64,000 nucleotides of DNA from Nitrososphaerota archaeon (lineage in GTDB: Archaea; Thermoproteota; Nitrososphaeria_A; Caldarchaeales; Caldarchaeaceae): positions 768,001-832,000 of the forward strand of contig JBEPYN010000001.1 in the NCBI GenBank assembly GCA_041641305.1. The letters run 5' to 3'. Shown one piece after another: positions 1 through 10,480 of the stretch (position 1 is its first letter; each line of letters starts with the position of its first letter). The notes below the pieces were generated by a model, which worked only from the letters and a program-made list of their open reading frames with translations, was not told the DNA's origin and ran no database searches. A program made the position numbers and the translations under genes.

Positions 1-498
1 CCTCTGGAAACATCTCTTCACGCGCTCAAAACCGCGGAAGGCGTCAAGATACTCAATCCCGCACCGGCCTCCCCTATACAGCCCGAGACGCTCAAGGGAA
101 TAAACATCATAACACCGAACGAAGTGGAGATAGCTGCTATGGCTGGCTACACGCCCGGAGAAGACATCGACTTGGTGGCTGCGGCTAAAAAATATGCCAA
201 GTACGTGGACAATGTTGTCGTGACGCTTGGGGAGAAGGGGGCCATGGTGGTTAGCGGAGATGATGTGAAACACGTTAAGGCGCCTCATGTAAAAGCTGTG
301 GACAGCACCGGCGCCGGCGACGCGTTCAACGGCGCCCTCGCCACAGCCCTTGCACGTGGATACAGTGTTCTCGAAGCAGTTGAATATGCTTGTCACGCGG
401 GAGCCTTTTTGGCTGCGAGGATAAGAGGAGGAGAGCTTGTAGAAGCTCTTCCCGAGGAGAAGGAGCTGGAGAAGTTTATTTCCGAGCACAGGACTTAG
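1..498 (+). CDS. rbsK: Ribokinase (PfkB family), 5'-partial
   Basis: Frame is open from base 1; motifs ILNPAPA, TPNEVE, VTLGEKGA and DSTGAGDAF (PfkB signature). Confidence 0.85.
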   Translation, partial: PLETSLHALKTAEGVKILNPAPASPIQPETLKGINIITPNEVEIAAMAGYTPGEDIDLVAAAKKYAKYVDNVVVTLGEKGAMVVSGDDVKHVKAPHVKAVDSTGAGDAFNGALATALARGYSVLEAVEYACHAGAFLAARIRGGELVEALPEEKELEKFISEHRT

Positions 499-506
499 TC
501 ATATGC

Positions 507-1325
507 ATGTCGGCTAAGGAGCCTCAGGTCGGTGACGAGTTTTACCATGTCAGAGTGCGGAGAGGTGAGATTGCGCCATATGTTTTGATGCCCGGAGACC
601 CGGACCGTGTTCTGAAGATTGCCAAGTTCTGGGATGAGGGGCAGGAGATATCTTTTCATAGGGAGTATAGGGTTTGGGATGGTAGGGTTGGAGAGGTTGG
701 GATAGCCGCTTGTTCGACAGGTATTGGCGCGCCTTCGACGGCGATAGCTGTTGAGGAGCTTGCGAGAGCAGGGTGCCACACATTCATCAGAGTTGGAAGC
801 TGCGGAGCCATTCAGCCCGGCATAGAGATAGGGGACCAGATAATCTCGGTCGCGGCCGTCAGACTCGAGGGTACATCACATCAATATGCTTCACCCAGCT
901 ACCCCGCATATGCACACTATGAAGTTGTGCTTGCGTTGATAGAGGCCGCGGAAACACTCGGCGCGAGATATCATCTGGGTGTGACGGCGTCGACAGATAG
1001 CTTCTACCCCGGACAGGGCAGGCCCGGCTACCGCGGATACTGGTGGAGCTATTCAAAAAACATCATAGATGATTTAAGGGCGATGAATGTTATCAACATC
1101 GAGATGGAGGCCTCTGCACTGTTCGTCATCGCGGCTCTATATGGTTTGAGAAGCGGCGCAGTCTGCTCAGTGTTCGCAAACAGAGTGGATGACAAATTCG
1201 GTGTAAAGGGGGAGGAAACAACTTCGAAGATAGCCACCGAGGCTGTGAAGATTCTCGCCGAGTGGGATGAGCGGAAAAAGCGGCACGGGAAAAATTATCT
1301 CTCGCCCTCGCTACTCAAGCTGTGA
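507..1325 (+). CDS. udp: Uridine phosphorylase / nucleoside phosphorylase (PNP_UDP_1)
   Basis: Motifs PGDPDR, STGIGAPS, RVGSCGAIQ, DSFYPGQGR and EMEASA; likely start ATG 507. Confidence 0.88.
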   Translation: MSAKEPQVGDEFYHVRVRRGEIAPYVLMPGDPDRVLKIAKFWDEGQEISFHREYRVWDGRVGEVGIAACSTGIGAPSTAIAVEELARAGCHTFIRVGSCGAIQPGIEIGDQIISVAAVRLEGTSHQYASPSYPAYAHYEVVLALIEAAETLGARYHLGVTASTDSFYPGQGRPGYRGYWWSYSKNIIDDLRAMNVINIEMEASALFVIAALYGLRSGAVCSVFANRVDDKFGVKGEETTSKIATEAVKILAEWDERKKRHGKNYLSPSLLKL

Positions 1326-2123
1326 CCTCAATCTCTTCACAACGTCCATAAATCGTTTCACCCGCTCCACATCCACTGGGTTAAGCGTCTCACCCTGTTT
1401 CTTAAAGTATGTTCCAACGATTGCTCCGTCAGCCACAGCAAGAAGCTTTCCAACATTCTCCAGATTTAGGCCGCTGCCTATAAAGACGGGTTTAGAAGCA
1501 ACCTGCTTAACCTCCAAAACCCTTTCCAATGGAGTTTCACCACCGGTCCTAAAACCGGAAACAACTATCGCGTCCGCACCAATTTCCTCAAGTCTGGCAA
1601 CCTGGTAGGAAACAGGGACATCTGAGACGAGAAAATGGCTTCCATGCTTAACCAAAACATCAGCGAAAACCTTGACACCAGAAGCCAGCTTATTCCTCAA
1701 CCTCTCCGAAACAGGTGCCGCAGACTCTACACATCCTTCGTCAGCCACGTATGCAAGGTTGTGCATGTTTGCTCTGACCCAGCTTGCTCCACAGGCAGCG
1801 GCCGCGGTGAGGGACTCTGACACCCCGTTAGCCAACACGAAAACCCCCACAGGCAGACCCACCTCTTTTCGGACCTCTCTCGCTACAACAGAGACAAGTG
1901 AAACAGTCTCAGGCCCAATCTCGCCAGGCTTCATGAAAGGCTTGTCACCCAAGTTCTCCACCTGAATACCGTCTACGCCACCATCCCTGAGAGCAACAGC
2001 GTCTCTAAGAGCCAGCTCTACAACATCCTCGACACTCCATCCTCCATAACCCGGCGAACCCGGCAAAGGCCGTAGATGAACCATGCCAATAACTGGCTTA
2101 AGACAGCCAAACACCCCCATCAT
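1311..2123 (-). CDS. BtpA/SgcQ family TIM-barrel protein
   Basis: Motifs IGMVHLRPLPGSP, VENLGDKPF, ADVLVKH, GSGLN and ADGAIVGT. Confidence 0.88.
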   Translation of the reverse strand: MMGVFGCLKPVIGMVHLRPLPGSPGYGGWSVEDVVELALRDAVALRDGGVDGIQVENLGDKPFMKPGEIGPETVSLVSVVAREVRKEVGLPVGVFVLANGVSESLTAAAACGASWVRANMHNLAYVADEGCVESAAPVSERLRNKLASGVKVFADVLVKHGSHFLVSDVPVSYQVARLEEIGADAIVVSGFRTGGETPLERVLEVKQVASKPVFIGSGLNLENVGKLLAVADGAIVGTYFKKQGETLNPVDVERVKRFMDVVKRLRSQLE

Positions 2124-2185
2124 ACATTACACTGCTCAGTTTGTCGCCATTGTTTATAAGCAAGCTGTCCGAAACGATTGGAGAA

Positions 2186-3715
2186 ATGGCGGGAGAAGTT
2201 GTCCTCGAAGCGAGGAAAGTGGTAAAAGGTTTTCCAGGTGTTTGGGAGCATTTGATTCTCGACCACATAGATTTTGATGTGCGGGCGGGAGAGGTTCACG
2301 CCCTGCTGGGAGAAAACGGAGCTGGAAAAACCGTTTTGGCAAACATTCTCTCAGGGTTCTACACACTGTCTTCGGGCGAGATAATTGTTAAAGGAAGGAG
2401 TGTGAAGTTCAAGTCGCCAGCCGACGCTATACGGCACGGCATCGGCATGGTTCATCAAGAATTCACACTCGCCACACCTCTAACAGTTGTGGAAAATGTC
2501 GCACTCACCCTGCGACGCAACAATCCATTATCCTATCCACTGAAAAAAGTCGAGGAAAAAATCCGAGAGCTATCGGAGAGATACGGGCTGAAAATAGACC
2601 CCGGCGAAACAGTAGAAAACCTATCCCTCGGCGAGAGACAAAGAGTAGAAATCATCAAAGTCCTATACTGGGAGCCGAGCATCCTGATACTCGATGAACC
2701 AACCTCTGTGCTAACATTAGAAGAGTCGAAGGAGCTTTTTCAAATACTGAGAAAAATGGCCGATGAAGGAAAAGGCGTCGTCTTCATAACGCATAGAATC
2801 GAGGAAATTATGGAGGTGGCCGACCGGGTCACTGTTCTCAGGTTGGGTAAGAAAATGGGAACCCTGAACGTGGCTGAAACGAATCGCTCCGAGCTGCTCA
2901 GGCTGATGCTCGGAGAAATGACCTCGGTCAGTTACCAGCGAGTATCCGCGAAAGAAGCGCATAAACCTGTTCTGCAGGTTGAAAACCTTACTGTCTTTGA
3001 CGACGATGGCCGTGAAGCGGTGAAAAACGTAAATCTAGAGGTTAGAGAGGGTGAGATACTTGGTATAGCGGGTGTTTCGGGCAACGGTCAGAAAGAGCTG
3101 GTGGAGGCTTTGACGGGTCTCAGAAAAGTTGCGCGCGGAAAAATAGTGATAAACGGAGTAGACCTGACCAACAGTAGTCCCCGCCGCTTTGCTCAAAAAG
3201 GTGTAAGACACATCCCAGAAGACCGGAGAAGAACAGGGGTCGTGGAGGAGATGGTCACAGCCGAGAACATAATGTTGAGAGAATACCGTGAAAAACCCTT
3301 CTCAGTCCTTGGGATAATAAACAAACGAGCCGTCACAGAGTTGGCCCAAAAACTCGTAAAATCATTTGGGGTATTGACGCCCGACCTCTGGGACACAGAG
3401 GTGAGAATACTTTCGGGAGGAAATATACAGCGCCTCATACTCGCGAGAGAACTATGGAAGGAGCCGAAGCTACTCGTCGCATTTCACCCAACATATGGTC
3501 TGGACCTGAAAGCGGTTAGTCAAACTCATCGACTTTTCATGAGCCTTAGGGAAAAGGGCTCCGCTATACTTCTTGTCTCAGAGGATTTGGAGGAGATTTT
3601 CCTGCTCAGCGACAGGATTGCGGTGATGTATGACGGGCAGCTGGTGGGTGTATTGAAATCTGAGGAGGCAACAGTTGAAAAGGTTGGAAAAATGATGACC
3701 GGCTTAAAATCTTAG
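2186..3715 (+). CDS. Sugar/nucleoside ABC transporter ATP-binding protein (two ABC domains)
   Basis: Motifs GENGAGKT, LSLGERQR, LDEPT, GVSGNGQ and LSGGNIQ. Confidence 0.9.
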   Translation: MAGEVVLEARKVVKGFPGVWEHLILDHIDFDVRAGEVHALLGENGAGKTVLANILSGFYTLSSGEIIVKGRSVKFKSPADAIRHGIGMVHQEFTLATPLTVVENVALTLRRNNPLSYPLKKVEEKIRELSERYGLKIDPGETVENLSLGERQRVEIIKVLYWEPSILILDEPTSVLTLEESKELFQILRKMADEGKGVVFITHRIEEIMEVADRVTVLRLGKKMGTLNVAETNRSELLRLMLGEMTSVSYQRVSAKEAHKPVLQVENLTVFDDDGREAVKNVNLEVREGEILGIAGVSGNGQKELVEALTGLRKVARGKIVINGVDLTNSSPRRFAQKGVRHIPEDRRRTGVVEEMVTAENIMLREYREKPFSVLGIINKRAVTELAQKLVKSFGVLTPDLWDTEVRILSGGNIQRLILARELWKEPKLLVAFHPTYGLDLKAVSQTHRLFMSLREKGSAILLVSEDLEEIFLLSDRIAVMYDGQLVGVLKSEEATVEKVGKMMTGLKS

Positions 3716-3756
3716 AAAAATATATTCAACCTTGAAGAATGGTTTTCTGAACGGGT

Positions 3757-5121
3757 ATGTTTGACGCGGTTACGCGTGAGGTTGCTGAGTTTGTTCAGCT
3801 GGATGTTGAATTGGATGTTGATGTTTTGGCTGAGGCTAAGCGGCGTGTTCTCGATAGCTTGGGATGTTTCTTTGGGGCGTGGAGTGAGGGGGCCTTGGTT
3901 GCTGCGCGGAGGGCTGTTGAACGATTTGCGCGCGGCGGTATGGGGGCCTCTGTCTGGGGCACAGCGGTAAAGGCTTCTCCTGAGTGGGCGGCTTTCGTCA
4001 ACGGGGTTGGTGTAAGGGCCCTTGACTTCAACGACACCTATCTCTCTAAGGAGCCTCTGCATCCGAGCGACATGATACCGGCTGTGTTGGCGGCGGGTGA
4101 GGTTGTGGGGGCCAGTGGACTGGATGTGCTCAAAGGTGTTGTGATGGGGTATGAGGTGGGGTGTAGGCTGTGTGATGCGGCGACGTTGCGGAAACGGGGC
4201 TGGGACCATGTCAACTTCACGATGATAGGGGCTGTGGCAGGTGTTGCGAAGGTGATGAGGCTGAGCTTTGAGGAGACCGCCAACGCTGTTTCGCTTGCGG
4301 TAGTTCCCCATGCGGCTATGAGGCAGACAAGGGCTGGCGAGCTCTCGATGTGGAAAGGCGCCGCAGCCGCAAACGCCTGCAGAAACGCGGTCTTCGCATG
4401 CATGCTTGCTTCATGCGGCATGACGGGGCCCTCGCAGCCATTCGACGGAGAGATGGGGTTCTTCAAACAGGTCGCGGGCATATCCTTCAACCTCAATAGC
4501 CTCTCCGCGACGAAGCGGCCGCGTAAAATCCTCGAGACATACATCAAGTTCCATCCCGTCGAGTACCATGCCATGACAGCCGTTGACGCGGCTCTGAAAG
4601 CGCTTCAGAAAGCCGGCTCAGCCAAAAACATAGAGAAAGTCACGGTCGAAACATTTGAGGCATCCTACACGATTCTGGCCAAAGACCCTGAGAAGTGGAG
4701 GCCGTCTACACGGGAGACGGCTGACCACAGCCTCCCCTACATCGTCGCAGCAACTCTCCTCGACGGCGGAATATGGCTCAACAGCTTCACCAAAAAGAGG
4801 ATTACGGCGTCTGATGTAGCGGATTTGATGAACAGGGTCGAGGTTGTGGAAAACCCCGAGCTGACAAAAAGGTATCCGGAGGAGCTGCCCAACCGCATTA
4901 CCCTCATACTACGCAACGGTGAAAAAATCGTCGTCGAAGAATCCATCCCACGCGGACACTACAAAAACCCGATGACCGACGAAGAGGTTGAGAACAAGTT
5001 TCACAAGCTTGCATCACCATTGCTGGATGAGGGGCGGAGACGTGAAATTGTCTCAAAGGTATGGAGCATGGAAAACCATAAACACATCTCTGAACTTGTA
5101 GAGAGTGTGATTACTGTATGA
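3757..5121 (+). CDS. prpD: 2-methylcitrate dehydratase (MmgE/PrpD)
   Basis: Motifs RALDFNDT, HPSD, LSMWKG and ETADHSLPY. Confidence 0.9.
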   Translation: MFDAVTREVAEFVQLDVELDVDVLAEAKRRVLDSLGCFFGAWSEGALVAARRAVERFARGGMGASVWGTAVKASPEWAAFVNGVGVRALDFNDTYLSKEPLHPSDMIPAVLAAGEVVGASGLDVLKGVVMGYEVGCRLCDAATLRKRGWDHVNFTMIGAVAGVAKVMRLSFEETANAVSLAVVPHAAMRQTRAGELSMWKGAAAANACRNAVFACMLASCGMTGPSQPFDGEMGFFKQVAGISFNLNSLSATKRPRKILETYIKFHPVEYHAMTAVDAALKALQKAGSAKNIEKVTVETFEASYTILAKDPEKWRPSTRETADHSLPYIVAATLLDGGIWLNSFTKKRITASDVADLMNRVEVVENPELTKRYPEELPNRITLILRNGEKIVVEESIPRGHYKNPMTDEEVENKFHKLASPLLDEGRRREIVSKVWSMENHKHISELVESVITV

Positions 5122-6212
5122 TGCAGTATATCCCAGGTCTTGAAGGTGTTCCCGCGGTAGAGTCGCGTATATGCACGATAGATGTCGAGAACAGGCGGAT
5201 AATTATCCGTGGAAAGAGTTTGGAGAAGATTGCGCAGGAGCATAGTTTCGAGGAGGTGGCTCATCTACTCATCCATGGACATTTACCTGACGCTGATGAG
5301 GCAAGGCAGTTCACGAGGTTAATGGCTGTCGAGAGACGTGTGCCAGCCGCTGTCGTAGATGTTGTGAAAAGCCTTCCAGCCGAAACACATCCCATGGACG
5401 CTCTGCGGACAGGGGTGTCAGCTCTTGCACCCTTCGACCCCGACCTCGACGACACATCGCTTGAAGCAAACAAGAGAAAAGCCGCGAGGCTTGTCGCGAA
5501 AACGGGCCTCCTCGTCGCCAACCTCGACAACCTGCTGACATGGAGAACCTTCGCCGAAGCCGATGAGAAACGAGGACATGCCGAGAACATTCTACGATTG
5601 ATTAGAGATGGCGGGGTTGAAGACTGGATGATTAAGCCGTTCGAGATACTTTTCATCCTCTATGTTGAGCATGAGCTCGCCGCGTCTACTTTCACGGCTC
5701 GTGTGATAGCCTCCACCTTGGCTGACATGTATGGCGCGGTGGTCGGTGGTTTAGCGGCGTTAAAGGGCCCGCTGCACGGCGGCGCTAACGAGAAGTCGAC
5801 TGAGATTTTCGAATATGATGTCGCGGGTGCCGAGAAATATGTGCGGGAGAAGCTTGAGCGGAAGGAGCGGATTATGGGTTTCGGACATAGAGTGTATAGG
5901 CGCGGCATCGACCCGAGGGCCGAGCTGACCAAGCGTCTACTGGAGGAGGCGTGTGCAAGAGTTGGCGACGACCGTCTATACCGTGTGGCGGACCATGTTG
6001 AACGGTTGATGGAGAAAGAGAAGGGCCTCTACCCGAACCTTGACTTCTACGCCGCTGCACTCTACAAGCTCATGAAGATACCGCCGCGGTTTTACACTCC
6101 GATTTTTGCGGCGTCGAGGGTTGCAGGCTGGGCCGCACACGTTATCGAGCAGCAGGCTGAGAACAGGCTGTTCAGACCCCGGGCCATCTACAAGGGCCCG
6201 GTAGAGGATTAG
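5118..6212 (+). CDS. prpC: Citrate / 2-methylcitrate synthase
   Basis: Motifs GPLHGGANE, MGFGHRVY and PNLDFY; coupled to prpD. Confidence 0.8.
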   Translation: MMQYIPGLEGVPAVESRICTIDVENRRIIIRGKSLEKIAQEHSFEEVAHLLIHGHLPDADEARQFTRLMAVERRVPAAVVDVVKSLPAETHPMDALRTGVSALAPFDPDLDDTSLEANKRKAARLVAKTGLLVANLDNLLTWRTFAEADEKRGHAENILRLIRDGGVEDWMIKPFEILFILYVEHELAASTFTARVIASTLADMYGAVVGGLAALKGPLHGGANEKSTEIFEYDVAGAEKYVREKLERKERIMGFGHRVYRRGIDPRAELTKRLLEEACARVGDDRLYRVADHVERLMEKEKGLYPNLDFYAAALYKLMKIPPRFYTPIFAASRVAGWAAHVIEQQAENRLFRPRAIYKGPVED

Positions 6213-7366
6213 CCGTCCTCGGGCCAGCTCTCCCACATCCTAGAGGCCAAACGCCCCTCATGAGTGAATAGCCGCAGCTTATCCTTAGCCTTCTCACGCG
6301 CCTCACGGAACCGGGCCAAGAAACTCTGCACCTTCTCGATCAAAATCTCCTTCATCTCCCCCGTCAACATCCTCCCCGAGACATATTCCTCGCGCAGCTT
6401 GTTGACTTTGGCGTCATCCTCCTCGAAGAAGTAGTAGAGCCACTGGAAGGCTACGTCTACGTCGGGGTTTCCGCCATGTTTTCGATGCAGCTCAACGGTT
6501 GGCTGGCCTCCTGAATAGGCTTGCCAGATTTTTCTGCGGACTGTTTTGTCGTCGTCGGTGAGGAAGACTGCGGCGTCGGGCTGTGAGGCGCTCATCTTGC
6601 CTGTGGGCCCTGTCAAAGGCATGAGAAACCTGCTGTGTATCGCAGCCGCCTTGTAGAAGCCGAGGCTCTCCGCTATGTCTCTCTGAATCCTCCAGTAGGG
6701 GTCTTGGTCGATTGCCGCAGGGATTAGGCATCTCCTCTTCTCGAACATGGTTGGCACTATTTGGATGGCGGGGAAAAACACCATCCCGATGTTTGTCTGC
6801 TCGTTGAAGCCGAATACCGCGCGGACCCAGCTGAAGTTAACCTTACGCGCCACCCTCAAAACAGGTCGATACATCCGTGCCATGAACTCGGTGTTTCGGA
6901 AAATGAATGTCTTATCAGGGTCGAACCCGACCGCCGCGATGTTTAACATGTTGTCGACAGACCAGTAAGCCGTGTCCTCGAGCGTCAGACCACGCGACTC
7001 CTCGAGAAACTTCTCATCATCGGTTAACTGTATGTAGACGTTTGCATCAAACCTTTCCTGCAGCCATTTCGTGAAGTAGAAGGGGATGATGTGGCCTATG
7101 TGCATGGGGCCGCTGGGGCCTCTGCCCGTGTATAGGAAGAAGCCTCGCCCCGCCTCGTGGTCATCGAGGACATGGTTGAGGTCTCTATGCGAGAAGAAGA
7201 CCCTTCGCCGAAGCATGTGGTTGCTTCCGCCAGCGGCTTTCTCAAGCCGTTTCATCAACTCGTCCGTGATGAGCTCCGTGCCAAACTCTTTGACGAGCCT
7301 TTCGTAGTTGACCGATCCCTCGACCTCCCATGGCGTGACACGGAAACTCTCTCCACTATTCGCCAT
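6209..7366 (-). CDS. trpS: Tryptophanyl-tRNA synthetase (archaeal/eukaryotic type)
   Basis: Motifs TGRGPSGPMHIGH, AIDQDPY and KMSAS; likely start MANSG at 7366. Confidence 0.95.
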   Translation of the reverse strand: MANSGESFRVTPWEVEGSVNYERLVKEFGTELITDELMKRLEKAAGGSNHMLRRRVFFSHRDLNHVLDDHEAGRGFFLYTGRGPSGPMHIGHIIPFYFTKWLQERFDANVYIQLTDDEKFLEESRGLTLEDTAYWSVDNMLNIAAVGFDPDKTFIFRNTEFMARMYRPVLRVARKVNFSWVRAVFGFNEQTNIGMVFFPAIQIVPTMFEKRRCLIPAAIDQDPYWRIQRDIAESLGFYKAAAIHSRFLMPLTGPTGKMSASQPDAAVFLTDDDKTVRRKIWQAYSGGQPTVELHRKHGGNPDVDVAFQWLYYFFEEDDAKVNKLREEYVSGRMLTGEMKEILIEKVQSFLARFREAREKAKDKLRLFTHEGRLASRMWESWPEDG

Positions 7367-7636
7367 CGGCCAACACCTCCTGAGAAAATATCGGCTCATC
7401 CAAGCAAAGGTTTGCAGAACTCAGGCCAAAGATAACCACCATCAGCCGCCAACATTCAAGACATCGATAAACAGCGTGTATAAAACTGTTTCTGGACGCC
7501 GTCCATGCACCTCATTTGAAGAAGTTGTTGAACGGCTATGTTTCTACAGCCGGGGCTCGGTTCCCATTACTACCAATTCGTGGGCCTCATTTGGGCAGAA
7601 AAAAGTAATAAGCCGAGAAATTCGCTTTTCCGAGGC

Positions 7637-8689
7637 ATGAAAACCTACAGAGTAGCGATACTCGGGGCCACGGGAATGGTTGGGCAGCACTACATCAAGA
7701 TGCTGCACCGCCACCCATGGTTTAGGATAACGGCTTTGACTGGGAAGGAATCGGTGGGGAAAAAATATGTTGAGGCTGTTAGGGGGGAGGCGCCTGAGCC
7801 TCCTAGGGAGATTGCGGAGATGGAGGTTTTGCCCACGGACCCGAAGAAGGTTGACGCCGACTTTGTCTTCAGCTGTCTGCCCACAGAGGCCGCGAGAGAG
7901 GCTGAGCCACGTTTCGCTGAAGCAGGGTTCCCCGTCTTCAGCGACGCGGCAGCCTATCGAATGGAGGAGGATGTTCCCCTGATAGTTCCGGAAATCAACC
8001 CCGACCACCTCAACATAGTTCACACCCAGAAGAAAAAACGTGGCTGGGACGGCTACATCGTGACCACACCTAACTGCACAACGGTCGGGTTGGTGCTTCC
8101 GCTCCAGCCGCTGAAGCAAAGCCTCGGCATCAGGAGAGTGATTGTCACAACTATGCAGGCTGTTTCGGGAGCCGGCTACCCAGGCGTCGCATCCCTCTCC
8201 ATACTGGGAAACGTCATCCCCTACATCTCCGGGGAGGAGCGTAAAGTCGAGACAGAGACGGCGAAGATTCTCGGCCGCCTCGGCGACGGCCGCTTTATGC
8301 ACGACAGCGTCGAAGTCCACGCCACATGCACACGTGTACCCACAATCGATGGACACATGGAGTCAATTTATGTCGAGACGGAGAAGCCCGCCGACGAGGA
8401 AACGGTGGCAGAATTGTTGGCTGAGTATGTTTCTCTTCCGCAGGAGCTTAACCTTCCTACCGCGCCTGCGCGGCCCGTCGTGGTGCGGAGAGAGCCTGAC
8501 AGGCCTCAGCCGAGGATTGATGTGGATGCTGGCACGGTTCCGGGCATGAGTGTTTCTGTTGGGAGAATTCGTGTGAACGGTGAGAAGGTGAGGTTCATTT
8601 CGCTGAGCCACAACCTTATCCGCGGCGCCGCGGGTGGCACGATTTTGACGGCTGAGCTGGCTCGTCACATGGGTTTGCTGGGTGAATAG
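7637..8689 (+). CDS. asd: Aspartate-semialdehyde dehydrogenase
   Basis: Motifs GATGMVGQ, PNCT, QAVSGAG and HNLIRGAAG. Confidence 0.95.
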   Translation: MKTYRVAILGATGMVGQHYIKMLHRHPWFRITALTGKESVGKKYVEAVRGEAPEPPREIAEMEVLPTDPKKVDADFVFSCLPTEAAREAEPRFAEAGFPVFSDAAAYRMEEDVPLIVPEINPDHLNIVHTQKKKRGWDGYIVTTPNCTTVGLVLPLQPLKQSLGIRRVIVTTMQAVSGAGYPGVASLSILGNVIPYISGEERKVETETAKILGRLGDGRFMHDSVEVHATCTRVPTIDGHMESIYVETEKPADEETVAELLAEYVSLPQELNLPTAPARPVVVRREPDRPQPRIDVDAGTVPGMSVSVGRIRVNGEKVRFISLSHNLIRGAAGGTILTAELARHMGLLGE

Positions 8690-9482
8690 CTGCATGGTGT
8701 TCGGCAAGCAGGCCCGGTTGAGCAGATTGTTGGAGAACGGGCGAATGCTCTGCATACCCCTCGACCATGGAACATCCCTGGGCCCCGTCAAAGGCCTCGA
8801 AAACATCGAGGACCTCATCTACAGGCTTGAATCAGCCGGCGTGACAGCGGTTCTTGCACATAAGGGAGTTTTCCGCTCCCTCAAAAGACCTCTGAAAACC
8901 GGGGCCATCATGCACATGTCGGCCAGTACCCAGCTCAGCACACACTACAACAGAAAGATATTGGTCGCGTCCGTTGAGGAGGCGTTACGCCTCGGCGTCG
9001 ACGCGGTCTCGGTTCACATAAACATAGGCGGTGTGGATGATGACATTATGCTCGAGCAGCTGGGCCTTGTTGCCGACGCGTGCGATGAGTGGCAACTCCC
9101 CCTCATAGCGATGATGTATCCACGTGGTGAAAACATCAAAAACCCAAGCGACCCAGAGGTCATAAGCCACGTCTCAAGAGTTGGCGCCGAGCTTGGGGCA
9201 GACATAGTCAAGACACCGATGCCGTCAGCCAACATTCAGGAGATTGAGCTTGTTACGAAGAGATGCCCGGTGCCCGTAGTCGCCGCGGGTGGGCCGAAAA
9301 TGGAGAGGGATGAGGATGTGCTTCGGCTCGCCTATGCTTCGGTGGCGGGGGGATGCATAGGCATAACCTTCGGGAGAAACGTTTTCCAGCACAAGTCGCC
9401 GGAGAGCATAGTCAAGGCTTTGCGCCGCATAGTCATCGAAGGCCTCAGTGTAGAAGAGGCCTTGCCGGTTCTCACACCATGA
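8682..9482 (+). CDS. aroA': 2-amino-3,7-dideoxy-D-threo-hept-6-ulosonate synthase (class I aldolase, DhnA family)
   Basis: Motifs PLDHG, MMYPRG, ELGADIVKT and AAGGPK; lies between asd and DHQ synthase II. Confidence 0.85.
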   Translation: MNSCMVFGKQARLSRLLENGRMLCIPLDHGTSLGPVKGLENIEDLIYRLESAGVTAVLAHKGVFRSLKRPLKTGAIMHMSASTQLSTHYNRKILVASVEEALRLGVDAVSVHINIGGVDDDIMLEQLGLVADACDEWQLPLIAMMYPRGENIKNPSDPEVISHVSRVGAELGADIVKTPMPSANIQEIELVTKRCPVPVVAAGGPKMERDEDVLRLAYASVAGGCIGITFGRNVFQHKSPESIVKALRRIVIEGLSVEEALPVLTP

Positions 9483-10480
9483 AAAAAGTAGTTGTCAACG
9501 TAGAGGGCGGAGACGAGATTTTCAGAAAAGCCCTCGCACAAGGTGTTCAGAGCTTTTTGTCGCATTCGCCGCTGCAGGGCGTGGAAACCTACGTTCCCAC
9601 ACAAGACGGCTACATTAGACATGGTGAAAAGAAGGCGACGGTTCCACGTGTGGTCATCAGGTCTCCGAGGGATTTGGAGCGTGTGGCGGAGCTGGCGCGG
9701 TCCGGCGCCGACGAGGTTGTAATCGCCACGGGTGACTGGAAAATCATCCCCGTAGAGAACCTTCTCGCGATGCTCGAGGGCACGGGCTGCAGGGTTTTGG
9801 CAGAGGTCTCCAACGTCTCCGAAGCCGAGCTCTTCATCAACATCCTCGAAAAAGGTGTTGACGGCGTCATCGCAAAGCCCGCCAACGAGCAGGAGCTTCG
9901 GATACTACTTGAGCTGGTGAAGAAGCCCGCGGAGCTGCAGCTTGTTGAAGCAGTTGTGGAGGAGGTGCGGCCGGTCGGGGTGGGTGACAGGGCGTGCGTC
10001 GACACGGTGACGATGATGGAGCTGGGTGAGGGTATGCTTGTCGGCAGCAAAGCCTCCATGTTCTTCCTCATACACAACGAGGCTGTTGGCTCAAGCTTCA
10101 CAAGCCCAAGGCCTTTCAGAGTAAACGCCGGCGCAGTCCACAGCTATGTCCTCATGCCCGACGGAAACACAAAATATCTCTCAGAACTCGAGGCAGGTGA
10201 CCGTGTTCTCATCGTCTCAAGAACAGGCCGTACAAGGATAGCGTCGATCGGCCGCGTAAAGATTGAGAGAAGGCCTCTTCGCCTCGTCAAAGCACGATAC
10301 AACGACTCGGTGGGCGTGGTCACGGTCCAAGACGCTGAGACAATCCGCTTCATCACATCCGGCGGCGAACTCATACCCGTGACAGAGCTAAAGAAAAACG
10401 ACAAAATCCTCTGCCACGTCTCCCAAACACGTGGACGACATTTTGGAATGGCTGTCGAGGAGACTGTTGTGGAGAAATGA
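9479..10480 (+). CDS. aroB': 3-dehydroquinate synthase II
   Basis: Motifs DWKIIPVENL, GDRACVDT, RPFRVNAGAVHSY and GRHFGM; ATGA overlap at 9479. Confidence 0.92.
   Translation: MKKVVVNVEGGDEIFRKALAQGVQSFLSHSPLQGVETYVPTQDGYIRHGEKKATVPRVVIRSPRDLERVAELARSGADEVVIATGDWKIIPVENLLAMLEGTGCRVLAEVSNVSEAELFINILEKGVDGVIAKPANEQELRILLELVKKPAELQLVEAVVEEVRPVGVGDRACVDTVTMMELGEGMLVGSKASMFFLIHNEAVGSSFTSPRPFRVNAGAVHSYVLMPDGNTKYLSELEAGDRVLIVSRTGRTRIASIGRVKIERRPLRLVKARYNDSVGVVTVQDAETIRFITSGGELIPVTELKKNDKILCHVSQTRGRHFGMAVEETVVEK

Noticed and set aside
7544-8356. Long antisense ORFs (here and opposite prpD, tes, nxrA and others)
   Set aside because: Shadows of GC-rich, well-supported genes on the other strand; no motifs.
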